64,000 nucleotides of DNA from positions 1 to 64,000 of the forward strand of contig QPMI01000078.1 in NCBI GenBank assembly GCA_004431415.1. The letters run 5' to 3'. The notes below the pieces were generated by a model. The model did not search any database, was not told the DNA's origin, and saw nothing but the letters and a program-made list of their open reading frames with translations. Of the stretch, positions 32,671 through 44,603 are shown one piece after another (position 1 is the first letter of the stretch; each line of letters begins with the position of its first letter). The translations under genes and the position numbers were made by a program. The stretch comes from Cyanophora paradoxa CCMP329 (lineage: Eukaryota > Plantae > Glaucophyta).

Positions 32671-35028
32671 CAAGATCCGTGCTCCTGCGGAGCACTAAGT
32701 ACGGCGAAGCCTCGCGGACGCCCTCGCGGCTGTCACAGTAGGCCTATAGGGCACTGGCCAGCGGCCTGGCCGATCGCGAACAGCTTTCTGGTTGGAAGCT
32801 GGCCGGCTGACGGCCAGTCCAGCTACCGCTGGCCGGCTAGAGGAATATAACTAGAGGAATATTAATGTACTGAGGAAATAAAGGGAGGCCGGAGCAGGTT
32901 GAGATTAGAGGAGATGAATTATATATAATATTGTTGAGAGGGAGGCCCGGGAGGGGCAAGGTTCTCGCGGCCAGGCGCATGCACAGAGCTTGCGAATCGC
33001 TTAAACAGAATCTTGAATGCATATAGCTATAGCATCGATGTGCGGGGCTGCGGAGCTCGAGGCGAGGGCGCGCGGAAAGATGTGCAGGTCCATGCAGGAT
33101 CGAATTTTCGGGGTCGGCTGGGTCCTCGCGGCCCGTCGCATACGCAAAGCGTGCGGAAGACTTTGCCTACATCTTAAATGCTTATGCTATCGTTCCGCGC
33201 ATGCGCCGCGGCGTGGGCGCGCGGAAAGATGTCAGGGCGCGTGCAGGATCGAATTTTGGCCGTCGGGTACCTTCCTGCGCTGTTCCGGCTCCGAAAAGCG
33301 GATTTCGGGGGTGCGCAGGCCCTGCTATGTCCATGCGCGCCAGTACGCATCGATTGCGCGCGTCGCGGGACCGGGCGGGACCGGCTAGCGCTGGATCAAA
33401 TTTTCGGCCGACTCTTCGCACTGGAGCGTCGACGGCGCTTGAAATCGAGCTTGCGGCGATGCGCTCGCCCTCGCGCGGCATTCTGTATCGTTCTGGGGCG
33501 TCCCTGGCGCGATTTCGTCGCGGGACCGGGCGGGACCGGGTCCCACCTTCTGACTCGGACTGCATTTGTCGGAGGTTAAGTACCGGAATTGATCCAGAGG
33601 GAAATTCGATTTTCGCGCGACGCCCACGGGCGAGCGGTCGTCTTAGGGGAGCCACGACGCTAAAAATGGATCTAGAGAGGTCTGTGGGGTTAGGGTAGCT
33701 GAGTCATTAGCGGCAATCGCGTCCGTGTCGAGGCAGAATTAATAATTCGTCCTCGAGGGAGTGCGACGCGGAAATTATTTAGCAGGGGGATCTTGAGTGG
33801 AAAAAAGGTTAAAAAAGGAATTTATATCGGCGGTTTTTGGGTTTGAGACAAGATCCGTGCTCCTGCGGAGCACTAAGTACGGCGAAGCCTCGCGGACGCC
33901 CTCGCGGCTGTCACAGTAGGCCTATAGGGCACTGGCCAGCGGCCTGGCCGATCGCGAACAGCTTTCTGGTTGGAAGCTGGCCGGCTGACGGCCAGTCCAG
34001 CTACCGCTGGCCGGCTAGAGGAATATAACTAGAGGAATATTAATGTACTGAGGAAATAAAGGGAGGCCGGAGCAGGTTGAGATTAGAGGAGATGAATTAT
34101 ATATAATATTGTTGAGAGGGAGGCCCGGGAGGGGCAAGGTTCTCGCGGCCAGGCGCATGCACAGAGCTTGCGAATCGCTTAAACAGAATCTTGAATGCAT
34201 ATAGCTATAGCATCGATGTGCGGGGCTGCGGAGCTCGAGGCGAGGGCGCGCGGAAAGATGTGCAGGTCCATGCAGGATCGAATTTTCGGGGTCGGCTGGG
34301 TCCTCGCGGCCCGTCGCATACGCAAAGCGTGCGGAAGACTTTGCCTACATCTTAAATGCTTATGCTATCGTTCCGCGCATGCGCCGCGGCGTGGGCGCGC
34401 GGAAAGATGTCAGGGCGCGTGCAGGATCGAATTTTGGCCGTCGGGTACCTTCCTGCGCTGTTCCGGCTCCGAAAAGCGGATTTCGGGGGTGCGCAGGCCC
34501 TGCTATGTCCATGCGCGCCAGTACGCATCGATTGCGCGCGTCGCGGGACCGGGCGGGACCGGCTAGCGCTGGATCAAATTTTCGGCCGACTCTTCGCACT
34601 GGAGCGTCGACGGCGCTTGAAATCGAGCTTGCGGCGATGCGCTCGCCCTCGCGCGGCATTCTGTATCGTTCTGGGGCGTCCCTGGCGCGATTTCGTCGCG
34701 GGACCGGGCGGGACCGGGTCCCACCTTCTGACTCGGACTGCATTTGTCGGAGGTTAAGTACCGGAATTGATCCAGAGGGAAATTCGATTTTCGCGCGACG
34801 CCCACGGGCGAGCGGTCGTCTTAGGGAGCCACGACGCTAAAAATGGATCTAGAGAGGTCTGTGGGGGTTAGGGTAGCTGAGTCATTAGCGGCAATCGCGT
34901 CCGTGTCGAGGCAGAATTAATAATTCGTCCTCGAGGGAGTGCGACGCGGAAATTATTTAGCAGGGGGGATCTTGAGTGGAAAAAAAGGTTAAAAAAGGAA
35001 TTTATATCGGCGGTTTTTGGGTTTGAGA
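32671..35028 (-). mobile_element. Head-to-tail dimer of a ~1.18-kb non-autonomous Helitron-like element
   Basis: Units 32671-33848 and 33849-35028 are near-identical. On the minus strand each starts TC and ends with the hairpin GTGCTCC-GCA-GGAGCAC followed by GGATCTTG. Inserted T|T, no TSD. Confidence 0.7.
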
Positions 35029-35102
35029 AAGAGGCTTCGCCTGAAAGAGGCTTCGCCTGATTATTTACAACGGCTAAAAAACTACGCCTACAGTATAGCC
35101 TA

Positions 35103-38100
35103 TGTTGCCAGCATAGTTTAGCTGGGGACTGGTCTCATTGGGGTACAGGTACAGACTAGGGGTACAGATCTACAGGGACTTGGGATAATAGGAATATATG
35201 CCTACTGCAACATGATACGACTTCACAAGCGCACGTCCTCGTGCGCGTTAACTAGTAAGAGAGAAAAATACAGATATACAAGACGCGGGGGTAGGCCCCG
35301 GAAACCTCCCGGTACGCAAGCCGGGGGTCCATGATACGACTTCACAAGACGAGAGGCTGGTGAAGGCGAAAATATGAAGTAAACAATGGAGGTCCCAACC
35401 TCAAGCCAGAGCGCCTATCTAGCCTACGCGCTCACCGACCGGGCGGCCTCGAAAACCTAGTGTAGCTATAGATTACCAACTATAGTGTGCAAGTCCGAGC
35501 CACTGAGCAGAGGGAACCGACTAAACTACAGCTGATCTAGCCATGGCGAGTCCAAACATGAGGAGTCGAGCCAGGGTGCGCTGCATACGTATATAAATGC
35601 AGGGATATGAATACCTATATCACTATCGCGAGAGACAGCTACTCAATGCAATGGAAAGTCGAAGGCTGAATCTATCTGGCAGCTACAACATGTCACTGTC
35701 GCACAAGTGCGCGTCCTCGTGCACTAGCCGAAAAACAAAACCGAGTCCAGAGACAACTAGCTAGTCAAGTATAAAAGTCCAACTGAAATCCGGGCTGCGC
35801 TGCATGAAGCCGGGCCAGGTCCAGAAGGAGGCGTACGGACTGCCACTCGAGGGCGAGCAAGGAGAGGCCGCCCGGGGCCAGATGTTTGCCCTCGAGGGTC
35901 GATAACGGTCAGGGGAAAAACCGGGCAAAAAACCCTGTCGTGCCGTCGCAGTCGCCGCACTGGTGCCGTCGCCGCGCCGAGGGCCAGAGGCCGGGGAGAG
36001 GGCGAAGCGAAGACGCCGGAGCCGGAGGAGGGAGAGGTGGGAGCCGGGGGAAGGAGGAGTCGAAGCCGAGGAGAGCCAAGGGGATGGATGGGCGCCCGCG
36101 CCGCATCGGAGAGCCGCGCCTCGAGGCCGACCACCGCCATCTCACATGCCGCCCGTGACAAGGCAACCCGTCAAACAAATCCATCTGAATCAAAAAGAGG
36201 ATTGTCACGGGGCGGCAAGTGAGAGGGGTGGACCGGGCTCTAGGGGCTCGCGATCGGGCGACAGGGAAGGGCTCAAGGCAGCACAGAGCATAGCGCTAGC
36301 ATCGATATCGCGTTGCAAGGCGGAGCAGCCGGCGGGCGGGGCGGCGCAGCCACTGAGCAGGGCGGGGCGGCGCTGGCGCAGCGAGGCTCGGCGGGGCAAA
36401 TCATCAGAGCTAAAGGGGCGTCCCCCTGGGAAAAACGTGGCGGAGCTAGCGGGGCGCCATCGCAACGCTCGCTGGCGAGCCCTGAGGAGGCAGTGCCGCC
36501 GCGTGGGTCTTTGGCCCCCCATTCTCAGGTATCGTCCGATAGCGCGTGGGCCACGTGGCGCGACACGGTCGGGAGCCGGCCCAAGCTTGGAGGGGCCTTA
36601 GGCGCGCCGTTCCCAAGGGCTATCTTGGAGGGGCCTTAGGCGCGCCGTTCCCAAGGGCATCCAAATCATCATCAAATATTTCCTGGAGGGGCCATCTAGG
36701 GGCGCGCCTCTTATCATCTCGAACCGGTCCCGGGACATAGTCTTAGCGTCGATTGCGAGCCCACTAGGAGGCGTGCCGCCCCCTCGACACAAGTCATGGC
36801 GCACGGGAAAGAGGGAGACGGTTGGCCTGCGCCTCGCGGTGGGCTCCGGACTCCGGGACGGTGTTGGCTCGCACAGAAGCGGCAGCGGCGGTGGGCTCGG
36901 CATCTCGCAGGGAAAGGGATGGTCAGACAAGAACAAAGTAACGAGAGAGGCCATCAAGAGAGGCTTCCCGGCAGCGGCGGGCTGATCGTAGCCGAAGGCT
37001 CCCCCTCCCCTTTCCACAGCAGAATTGCCGCGAGCCAGAGGCAAGCGTCACCGGCCGTGGGCCACCGGAGCAGAATCGGGAGGAGAAACCGAGAGGGAGA
37101 AAGAGGGTGTACGGGGCGCAATGGGCGGGAGGGGGTACAGCATTGAGGGCGAGCCGCGAAGGGGTCGACGAGGTAGAGAGGGGGTACGGTTCCGAGGCGG
37201 GGGGTACGGAGCGAGGCCAGGGGGGACAGTGCCGAGACGAAAAGGAGGGGGGTACGGTTCCGAGGGGGGTACGGCATTGAGGCCAGGGGGTATAGCGCCG
37301 AGACGAAAAGGAGGGGGGGGTAGAGGGAAGGGGAAAGAGGCCGAAGGGAAAGAGGGCAGGGGCGCCGCCCCCGCGGGCGACGTGGGCGCGGACGCTAGGC
37401 GCCCGTGGCCAGAGAACGTGCTCAGAGGAGGCCGAGCCGCGCCCGCCAGTCGAGCGGGAGCGCCGGCGCGCCATGAGGCAACGGGATGCCCGCCAGGGCA
37501 CAGGCAGCCACGCACTGAGAGTAGTCATCAAAGCGGTGCACGAGAGGCCACGACAGCTGGAAGAGGGCCAGGCAGCGCATGCAGATGGACGGTGACACTG
37601 GCGGTGCCGGGAGCTGAGGGAGGCCGACAGGCGTCGAGGTGTAGGGCGACGGGAGCTGAGGAGGGCCGGCTGGCAACGGGTACGGGGGAGCCTGCTGGGA
37701 GTACGGAGCCGACTGAAGACCCGGGCTCGAGCCCATGACCCCGGCGCCGCTGGGCGGGTAGATCTCGCTCTCGCCATCGGACTCGTAGTCGAACTGACCA
37801 GCGAAGTGCGTGGGCGCCCCCTGCGGGTTTGCGGCATACGCAGCAGCATCCTGCACCAACCGGTCGCGGAGACATGCGATGGTGGTCTCCACGATCTGCT
37901 TGATGAGGTTCGGCGTCGGGCCAGGTGGAGCGCTGGACGTTGGTGACAGGGCCGACGTTGACGGGGCCAACTCGAGCTCGTGGCGCGGGCGTTTAGACGG
38001 CGACGGGTCGAGGGTGTCTTCAGCAACGTCTGTGCGAGTCATGCAGACTGCACGTGCCGGGCCTCCCGACTCAGCGCTTGTCGGCGTAGCGCCGGCGAGG

Positions 38101-40280
38101 AGGGTGACGAGCTTCGACTTGCGCCTGATCTCCAGGTCCTCCAGCCACGCCAGGATTTGCATTAGCACACAACAACAACTACTAGGAGTTTCACATCGCT
38201 CAGCTTATCTCTCCGACTAAATAACACTGGGGACCGTCGAGTGCTGTGCTCTGTCTACGATTGGTTGCGAGGTTTTGCTTCTAAGTACCTACCTACTTAC
38301 ACAACCGGCCTAGTTATAATATCATCTATAACCAGGTCCTCCAGCCAGTCCTGGGCCTGTTGGATGAAGGACGTAGTCGCGAGGCCCGGGTCGTTCGGGA
38401 AGGCGCTCTCGGTCTTCTGTCGAAGTTCGCGCAGCTTCGGCATCACCTTGTCGACCAGCAAGTCAAAGTTAGCTCGTCTCCGGTCAGCCTCCTCCCGGTA
38501 GACCTCCCAGGTGTCGTCGTGCTCACGGGCGCGTAGGGCGATCTGGGCGTCCAGCTTCTGTATGATGAGCGTCGGTGTCACCCGTGTGCCCGAGACTTGG
38601 AGCGCCTCCACCGTCAGGTCGAACTGAAGCTTCGGCGGGATCCCGTAGTACATGGTGTCCGCCCATGCCGAAAGGTTCCGTTTGTCGTGTTCGTCGATGC
38701 GTGATCGTGCGTACTCACAGAAGTCATCGTAAGAGCGGAGAGTCGTCTTAGGCATCAAATCCCGCACCCCGATGAGCGTCGCCTCGCGTGCGTTGAGCTG
38801 CGCCTGCGCGGCGTTCTTCTGCGCCTCCGTCGCCTCGGCGTTGTTCTTGAGGGCCTCCACCACGTTGTTCTGCTCCGCGCGCGCCGCTTCGTACTTTGCG
38901 AGGGCCTTGTCGAAGTCCACCTGCTGCGCAAGGCGCGCCCGGTACTGGTCCTGCTCCTCCGCCGGAAGGACTTGTGCCAGCTCCCGCAGCATCAGTGAAC
39001 AACGGGTGCGTTCTTCAGGCGTGGTTGCGGTGCCGGCGAAGAAGGGTTTGCGGTTGACTACACCATCCAGCTGTTCCAGCGTCCGCTTGACGTTCGCGTG
39101 CGTCATCGGGTAACCGAACGAGTAGACGGTGCAGTTGTTGATCTTCACCAGCGTCGGCTCCGTCGTCGGCTGTATCTGCCGGGAGTACTGCTGGTGCTGC
39201 GGCATCACCTGCGATGTTGCAACCTCGGCGATCTGAGAGAAGTCGCAGACGCGAGCAAGATGCGGCCGCGTGTGCCGTGACGACGACGACGACATCGTAG
39301 AGTGATGCAGGATGAAGGGAAGAAAGAAGAGACGGTCGGGGATGCGACGGTGGCGCGCGGCGCGTGGAGCCGTCCGCGGGCCAGGACGGGACGATGGTCG
39401 GCGCTGGGCTGGCGAGCCTGCGACGGGCCGGGCCGAAAATTTCGGCAGAGATTACCCCTTCGACAGGCCGTGGAGTGCGCGGCGCTGAGGCGGGCGTCGT
39501 GGCAGTCTCGATCGAGGGTGAACCGCCGCGCGCCCGAGAGTTGCCACTGGTACTCCACCCCGCGAGCTCCGCGCGCGCCGTCGGCCTCCGATCACTGCAC
39601 GTGATGCGCGGGTGAGCTCCTCGTGGAGCCGCGCACGCCGCGTCGCGTCGCTACGACATCGCCGACACCACCTGGCTCTTGGCGTCGGTCGGAAGGCACG
39701 AGTGCGTGCGCGCTTTGGGCAGAACCCGAGCGCGGAGCTCTCTCTGCGCAAAAGAATCGTACGCTACGGGCGAGCCCTCGCGCAGGATCCCTGAAGCGTA
39801 GTGCCCGGGACTCGCGCTGGGAAGTCGCGACCGCGATGCGGCGAGCGACGCGCGGGCCCCCACCGTGTGTGCACGGTGTCCTTCTTGCTTGCCAGCGGCG
39901 TCCAGCGAGGCGGTTGCGCGAGCGCGACGCCTGTCCGGAAGTTGCCCCTCGTGCGCCGACCCGGCTGCACGCGATCGGCTCCGGGGCTGCAAGCTGCAAG
40001 CTGACGCTCCAATCCCTCCCGTAGTCGCTAGCTGGCAGGATGGGCCGACCGCAGGCCCGGCGCACTCCCCCCCCGCGTAGACCGCGCGGCCTCGTTGACC
40101 ACGGACTCGGCCAGAGCAGCTGAGCTAGCTACTCCAGCACGGAGTGCGCGCGGCGTCCCAAGGCGAGGGATGTTGCCAGCATAGTTTAGCTGGGGACTGG
40201 TCTCATTGGGGTACAGGTACAGACTAGGGGTACAGGTCTACAGGGACTTGGGATAATAGGAATATATGCCTACTGCAACA
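35103..40280. mobile_element. Non-autonomous LTR retroelement with 110-bp LTRs
   Basis: LTRs 35103-35212 and 40171-40280 (TGTTG...CAACA, one mismatch); 4-bp TSD CCTA; purine tract AAGGCGAGGGA at 40160-40170; no RT/IN motifs. Confidence 0.9.
37422..39295 (-). CDS. Gag-like ORF of the LTR element, split by a 184-bp insertion
   Basis: ORFs 38297-39295 and 37422-38168 become one frame when 200 bp (insert plus one 16-bp repeat) are removed. The protein has a coiled coil, a capsid-like YDDFCEYARSR...YYGIPPKLQ segment and a C-terminal CxxC...H...C. Confidence 0.5.
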
Positions 40281-42659
40281 CCTATATAGCTATATATAGG
40301 CCCTGACGGCCCATGACTAGCTATAGGCGGGCCAGAACACATGTACATCTGGCATTGGCTTTTTGCATCTATATAAATTAGTTGATCTGCAGACTGCAGG
40401 CCACCTATTTTCACATATCGTGCGGGCCGCCTAATTCATGATCTGCATGCACATCGCAAATATGATCCCTACTCTGGCCTAGCCCTGCCTAGTCCTGCAA
40501 ATATAAACCCTACCCTGGCCCCGGATGCAGCCGCACGCGCTCCAGCCCGACGCCGTCCGCTCGCGCGTGGCTTCAATTAGTCGTTCGTCCCTAGTTGCTA
40601 GGCAACAAAGGGCGAGTCAGAAGCCGGAGGATAACGGGTGAAGCGATGCGGCCCGCACCAGGTCGTTCTGCACCTCGCCGCCCTCGCTGCGCCATGCGCA
40701 TCGCGGTGAGCGAGAGCTTAAATCGAATGGAAAGAGGAAAAGGCCGGCACGCAGGCGGCTATGCACCTCGGCGAGGAGAGGAGGCAGAAGATCAGCTTGC
40801 GATCGCTCCGCGTCCGCTGATGGCGAGAGCGACGCGCTCGCTGCGCTTGGAGAGTCAATCGAAAGAAAAGAAGCGTCCGCGCCGGCGAACGACCGCACCT
40901 CGGCCCGAGCGGCCGAAAGCATGATCTCCGAGGCGCCCGGCAGCCCGCGACCGCGACCGCGAGGGCGAGGGCGAGGGCGAAGAGCTCGCTGCGCTCGGAT
41001 CGAAAGAGAAGAAATATGCGCGACAGCAAACGACCGCACCTGCGCCCGAGCGGCCGCAAGCATGAACTCCGAGGCCGATCCCAGCAGCCACGGGCCACAC
41101 GTCCGGAAAGCGGCACGCGCTGCGCTGCGCACGCCGCCGGCGTTACAACAAGATCAAAGGGCGAGCAGTGGAGACAAGAGCGAGCACCTGGCCTGCGGAA
41201 GAAGGCGCCGGGCGAACTGGGCGGTGGTGTTCTGCTCGCGGGGACCAGTCACGCCCGCTCCCTGGCCCGCCAGCGAAATGAGGGATTGAATCAAAGGAGA
41301 GGAAACGAAAAGCACCTTGCTTCGCCTCCGCAGCCGCCGCCTACGTTCCGTGCGTGCCTGTCAGCGGCAGAACGCGCACTGGCGACAGCCGCGGGAGGAA
41401 TGGACAAAAAAGGCAACAAGGAGGTCGACAGCGATGCGTTCGCGAGCGTTCGCGGCCGCAACCGGGCGCCAGCCACCCTGAAGCAACGCTCTGCGTTTGA
41501 AATCAGGCGGGCGACAGGCGGCGAGAGGCGCCAGAGGATGCAAGAGAGTACCTTCGAGCATCGTTCGCGCTGGAAGCCGACGAAGTTCGCTGCGGCGGCA
41601 GCAAGTCCGTTCGACCTGGTTTGAAAAGCGGAATCAGAGACGCGGGCAGCGCTGCGAGACCCCGGAGGAGCAAACGAACCGAGCCGCTGTGAGAGTGAAG
41701 CGCGTTCGCGCGGCAGCCTACAGTCGAGGCTGCAGCTGCTGGCAGCAAGGCACATGAAGGCGCTTCAAGGCAGCAAGTTTGGGGTACACGACTGTTGGGA
41801 AAAGCCTTATGAGGCCCACAGCGGCAGGGCCGCCGCGGCGGCCCGTGCCGCAGTACAGCTTTTCAAGGCCGCCTGAAGCGATTGCCAACGGCTCGACCTG
41901 GCCCTCGGTCCGGAGCGCCTCCCGCTGCGGCACCTTCGCGCGTGCTCGCAGCACGCAGCGCGAGGCAGCTACAAGCACGTGAGCTTGTAACCATGGGTCC
42001 AGCTCCCCCCGTAGCGTCGTACCTGCGCCGCGCCGATCCACAGCTAGATCGACCGGGCCCGCAACCCCGCGCTGGGTGACTTCGCCGTGCTGGCCGGGTT
42101 CTTTGCGTGGCTTTCAGCTCACTTACATCCGCAGTATCTCTACCAGACAGCCCCGCGGTCGAATTGGAGGGTTGAGGTGCACGCCGGCCGGCGGAGCTCT
42201 CTCGCATGTTTCGGTGCATAGCGCGTCCCTTTAAGATGCTCACGCAGTGCCTCTGACTCTGGACTGGCCGGGCGCTGCGTGAGCGCGCGGACCGACGCAA
42301 CCTCCCGATCGGCGGTCGCCTCGGGTGCGCCTGCCAAGCACAGCATTTGGCCAGCGACGCGCAAGCGCGTAGCTGACGAGGCCCAGATCGCCAGGATGGG
42401 TGAGCCGCCTCGGATCGTCGCTGTTTGGGAGACATTCTTCTACACTGCCTGGGTGAGCCGGCTGGGCCCGTTCGCGTCGCTGACGGGACGCATACGCGTC
42501 GCTGACGGGGCGCGCCGGTAACACAGGATACCGGAAGACGCCGCGTGAAGCCCATGGGCTGGGGTGCGGCGGTTGGCGACGCCGCTCGCGGGGCGGGGCG
42601 GATCCGGAGGCGCGGCAGGCGGCCGCGTGAATTCCAGGAAAGGGCGGAGGCGCTTCCTG

Positions 42660-43935
42660 CGGCGCTGCAGCTCGCGGAGGCGGGCGGTCGGCCGGAGGCG
42701 CGGCGCGTGGCGGCGCGGCTTGCCGGGCGGGGCAGAGGCGCGGCGGGCGGCCGCGCAGCTCGCCAGGCGGGCCGGGGGCGCGGCGGGCGGCGGCGCGGCT
42801 CGCGAGGCGTGACGGAGGCGCGGCAGGCGGCGGAGGCAGCTCGCCGGGCCGGTGGAGGCGCGGCGGGCGGCCGCGAGGCTCCGCCGGGCGGGGCAGAGGC
42901 GTGGCGGGCGGCCGCGCGGCTCGCCAGGCGGGCCGGGGCGCGGCGGGCGGCGGCGCGGCTCGCGAGGCGTGACGGAGGCGCGGCAGGAGGCGGAGGCAGC
43001 TCGCCGGCCGGGCGGAGGCGCGGCGGGCGGCCGCGAGGCTCCGCTGGGCGGGCGGAGGCGCGGCGGGCGGCCGCAAGGCTCCGCTGGGCGGGCGGAGGCG
43101 CAGCGGGCGGCGGCGGCGGCTCGCGGGGCGGGACGGAGGCGCGGCGGGCGGCGGCGAGGCTCGCCAGGTGGGCCGGGGCGCGGCGGGCGGCGGCGCGGCT
43201 CGCCGGGCGAGAATGTGGCGCGGCGGGCGGCGGCGGGGCTCCGCCGTGCGGCGGAGGCGCGGCGGGCGGCGGAGGCAGCTCGCCGGGCGGGCGAAGGCGT
43301 GGCGGGCTGCGGCGCGGCTCGTGGGTGGGACGGAGGCGCGGCGGGCGGCGGCGGCGGCTCGCGGACCGGGGCAGACGCTCGGCGGGCGGCCGCGCGGCTC
43401 GCCAGGCGGGCCGGGGGCGCGGCGGGCGGCGGCGCGGTTCGCCGGGCGGGGCAGAGGCGCGGCGGGCGGCCGCACGGCTCGCAAGGCGGGCCGGGGCGCG
43501 GCGGGTGGCGTCGGTGGCTCGCCAGGCGGGGCGGAGGCGCGGCTCTCCGGGCGGGGCAGAGGCGCGGCGGGCGGTCGCTAGGCTCTCCGGGCGTGGCGGA
43601 GGCGCGGAGGGCGGTTTGGGCGGCTCACGGAGCGGGGGGAAGGCGCGGCGGGCGGCGGCGCGGTTCGCCGGGCGGGGCAGAGGCGCGGCGGGCGGCCGCA
43701 CGGCTCGCAAGGCGGGCCGGGGCGCGGCGGGTGGCGTCGGTGGCTCGCCAGGCGGGGCGGAGGCGCGGCTCTCCGGGCGGGGCAGAGGCGCGGCGGGCGG
43801 TCGCTAGGCTCTCCGGGCGTGGCGGAGGCGCGGAGGGCGGTTTGGGCGGCTCACGGAGCGGGGGGGAAGGCGCGGCGGGCTGCGGCGCGGCTCGCGGGGC
43901 GGGCCGGAGGCGAGGCGGGTGGCGTCGGCGGCTTG
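42660..43935 (+). repeat. Degenerate GC-rich minisatellite with an internal ~239-bp near-perfect duplication
   Basis: Recurring GGAGGCGCGGCGGGCGGC(C/G)GCGCGGCTCGC; ~43415-43640 is repeated at ~43645-43880. Confidence 0.85.
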
Positions 43936-44603
43936 CGAGGCGGAGAACATCCGGGCGCTCACATGTGCCAGTAACCCAGTATTCTTTTAATGGCAGCTAG
44001 AGACTCATGATGATGATTATGATGATGAGCTAGAGACTCATCATGATGATTATGACTAAGACGCTACTAAATGACTCGCATCCGTCGGGAAGTGAGCTAG
44101 AGAGGCACGCGCGGACTGGACATCGGCTCTCAAAATTGATCTCGGGAGAAACCCTTTCAGGGAGTTCTTCTCCCCTGCAGCTGCGCCCGCGCGACCTGAG
44201 CTTCGAGTCAAATACTCTGCATGTACAGCTGAGAGCACTGGTATCGTCTCCGGACGCTCATAGGTTCCACTTACCGAATCAGTCGAATTTTATCGACTGA
44301 CTCTGCGACAGAATCGGTCGACAAAATCAGTCGATCGACAGAATCAGTCGATCGACTGATTCTGCGACAGAATCGGTCGACCGATTCTGTCGAATTTTAT
44401 CGACTGATTCTGTCGCAGATTCTGTCGAAGGTATTGCAATACTCCAAAAGTGCAGATATAACCTTAAGCTTGTGCAGTCGACGTCGGAAAGCCGCATACG
44501 TGCAGCCGCGCCGGAGGCCAAGGGGGATCCGGAGGAGGGGGATCCGGAGGGGAGTATACGTAGGTACAAATCAGAGAAAGGGGGAGGGCGGTACAGGTGC
44601 GGG

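Noticed and set aside
35213-35230. Canonical tRNA primer-binding site
   Set aside because: It does not begin with TGG and matches no tRNA 3' end I can recognise.
40500-42600. Protein-coding gene upstream of the GC minisatellite
   Set aside because: There are several overlapping ORFs and a small internal duplication, but no recognisable domain or consistent exon chain.
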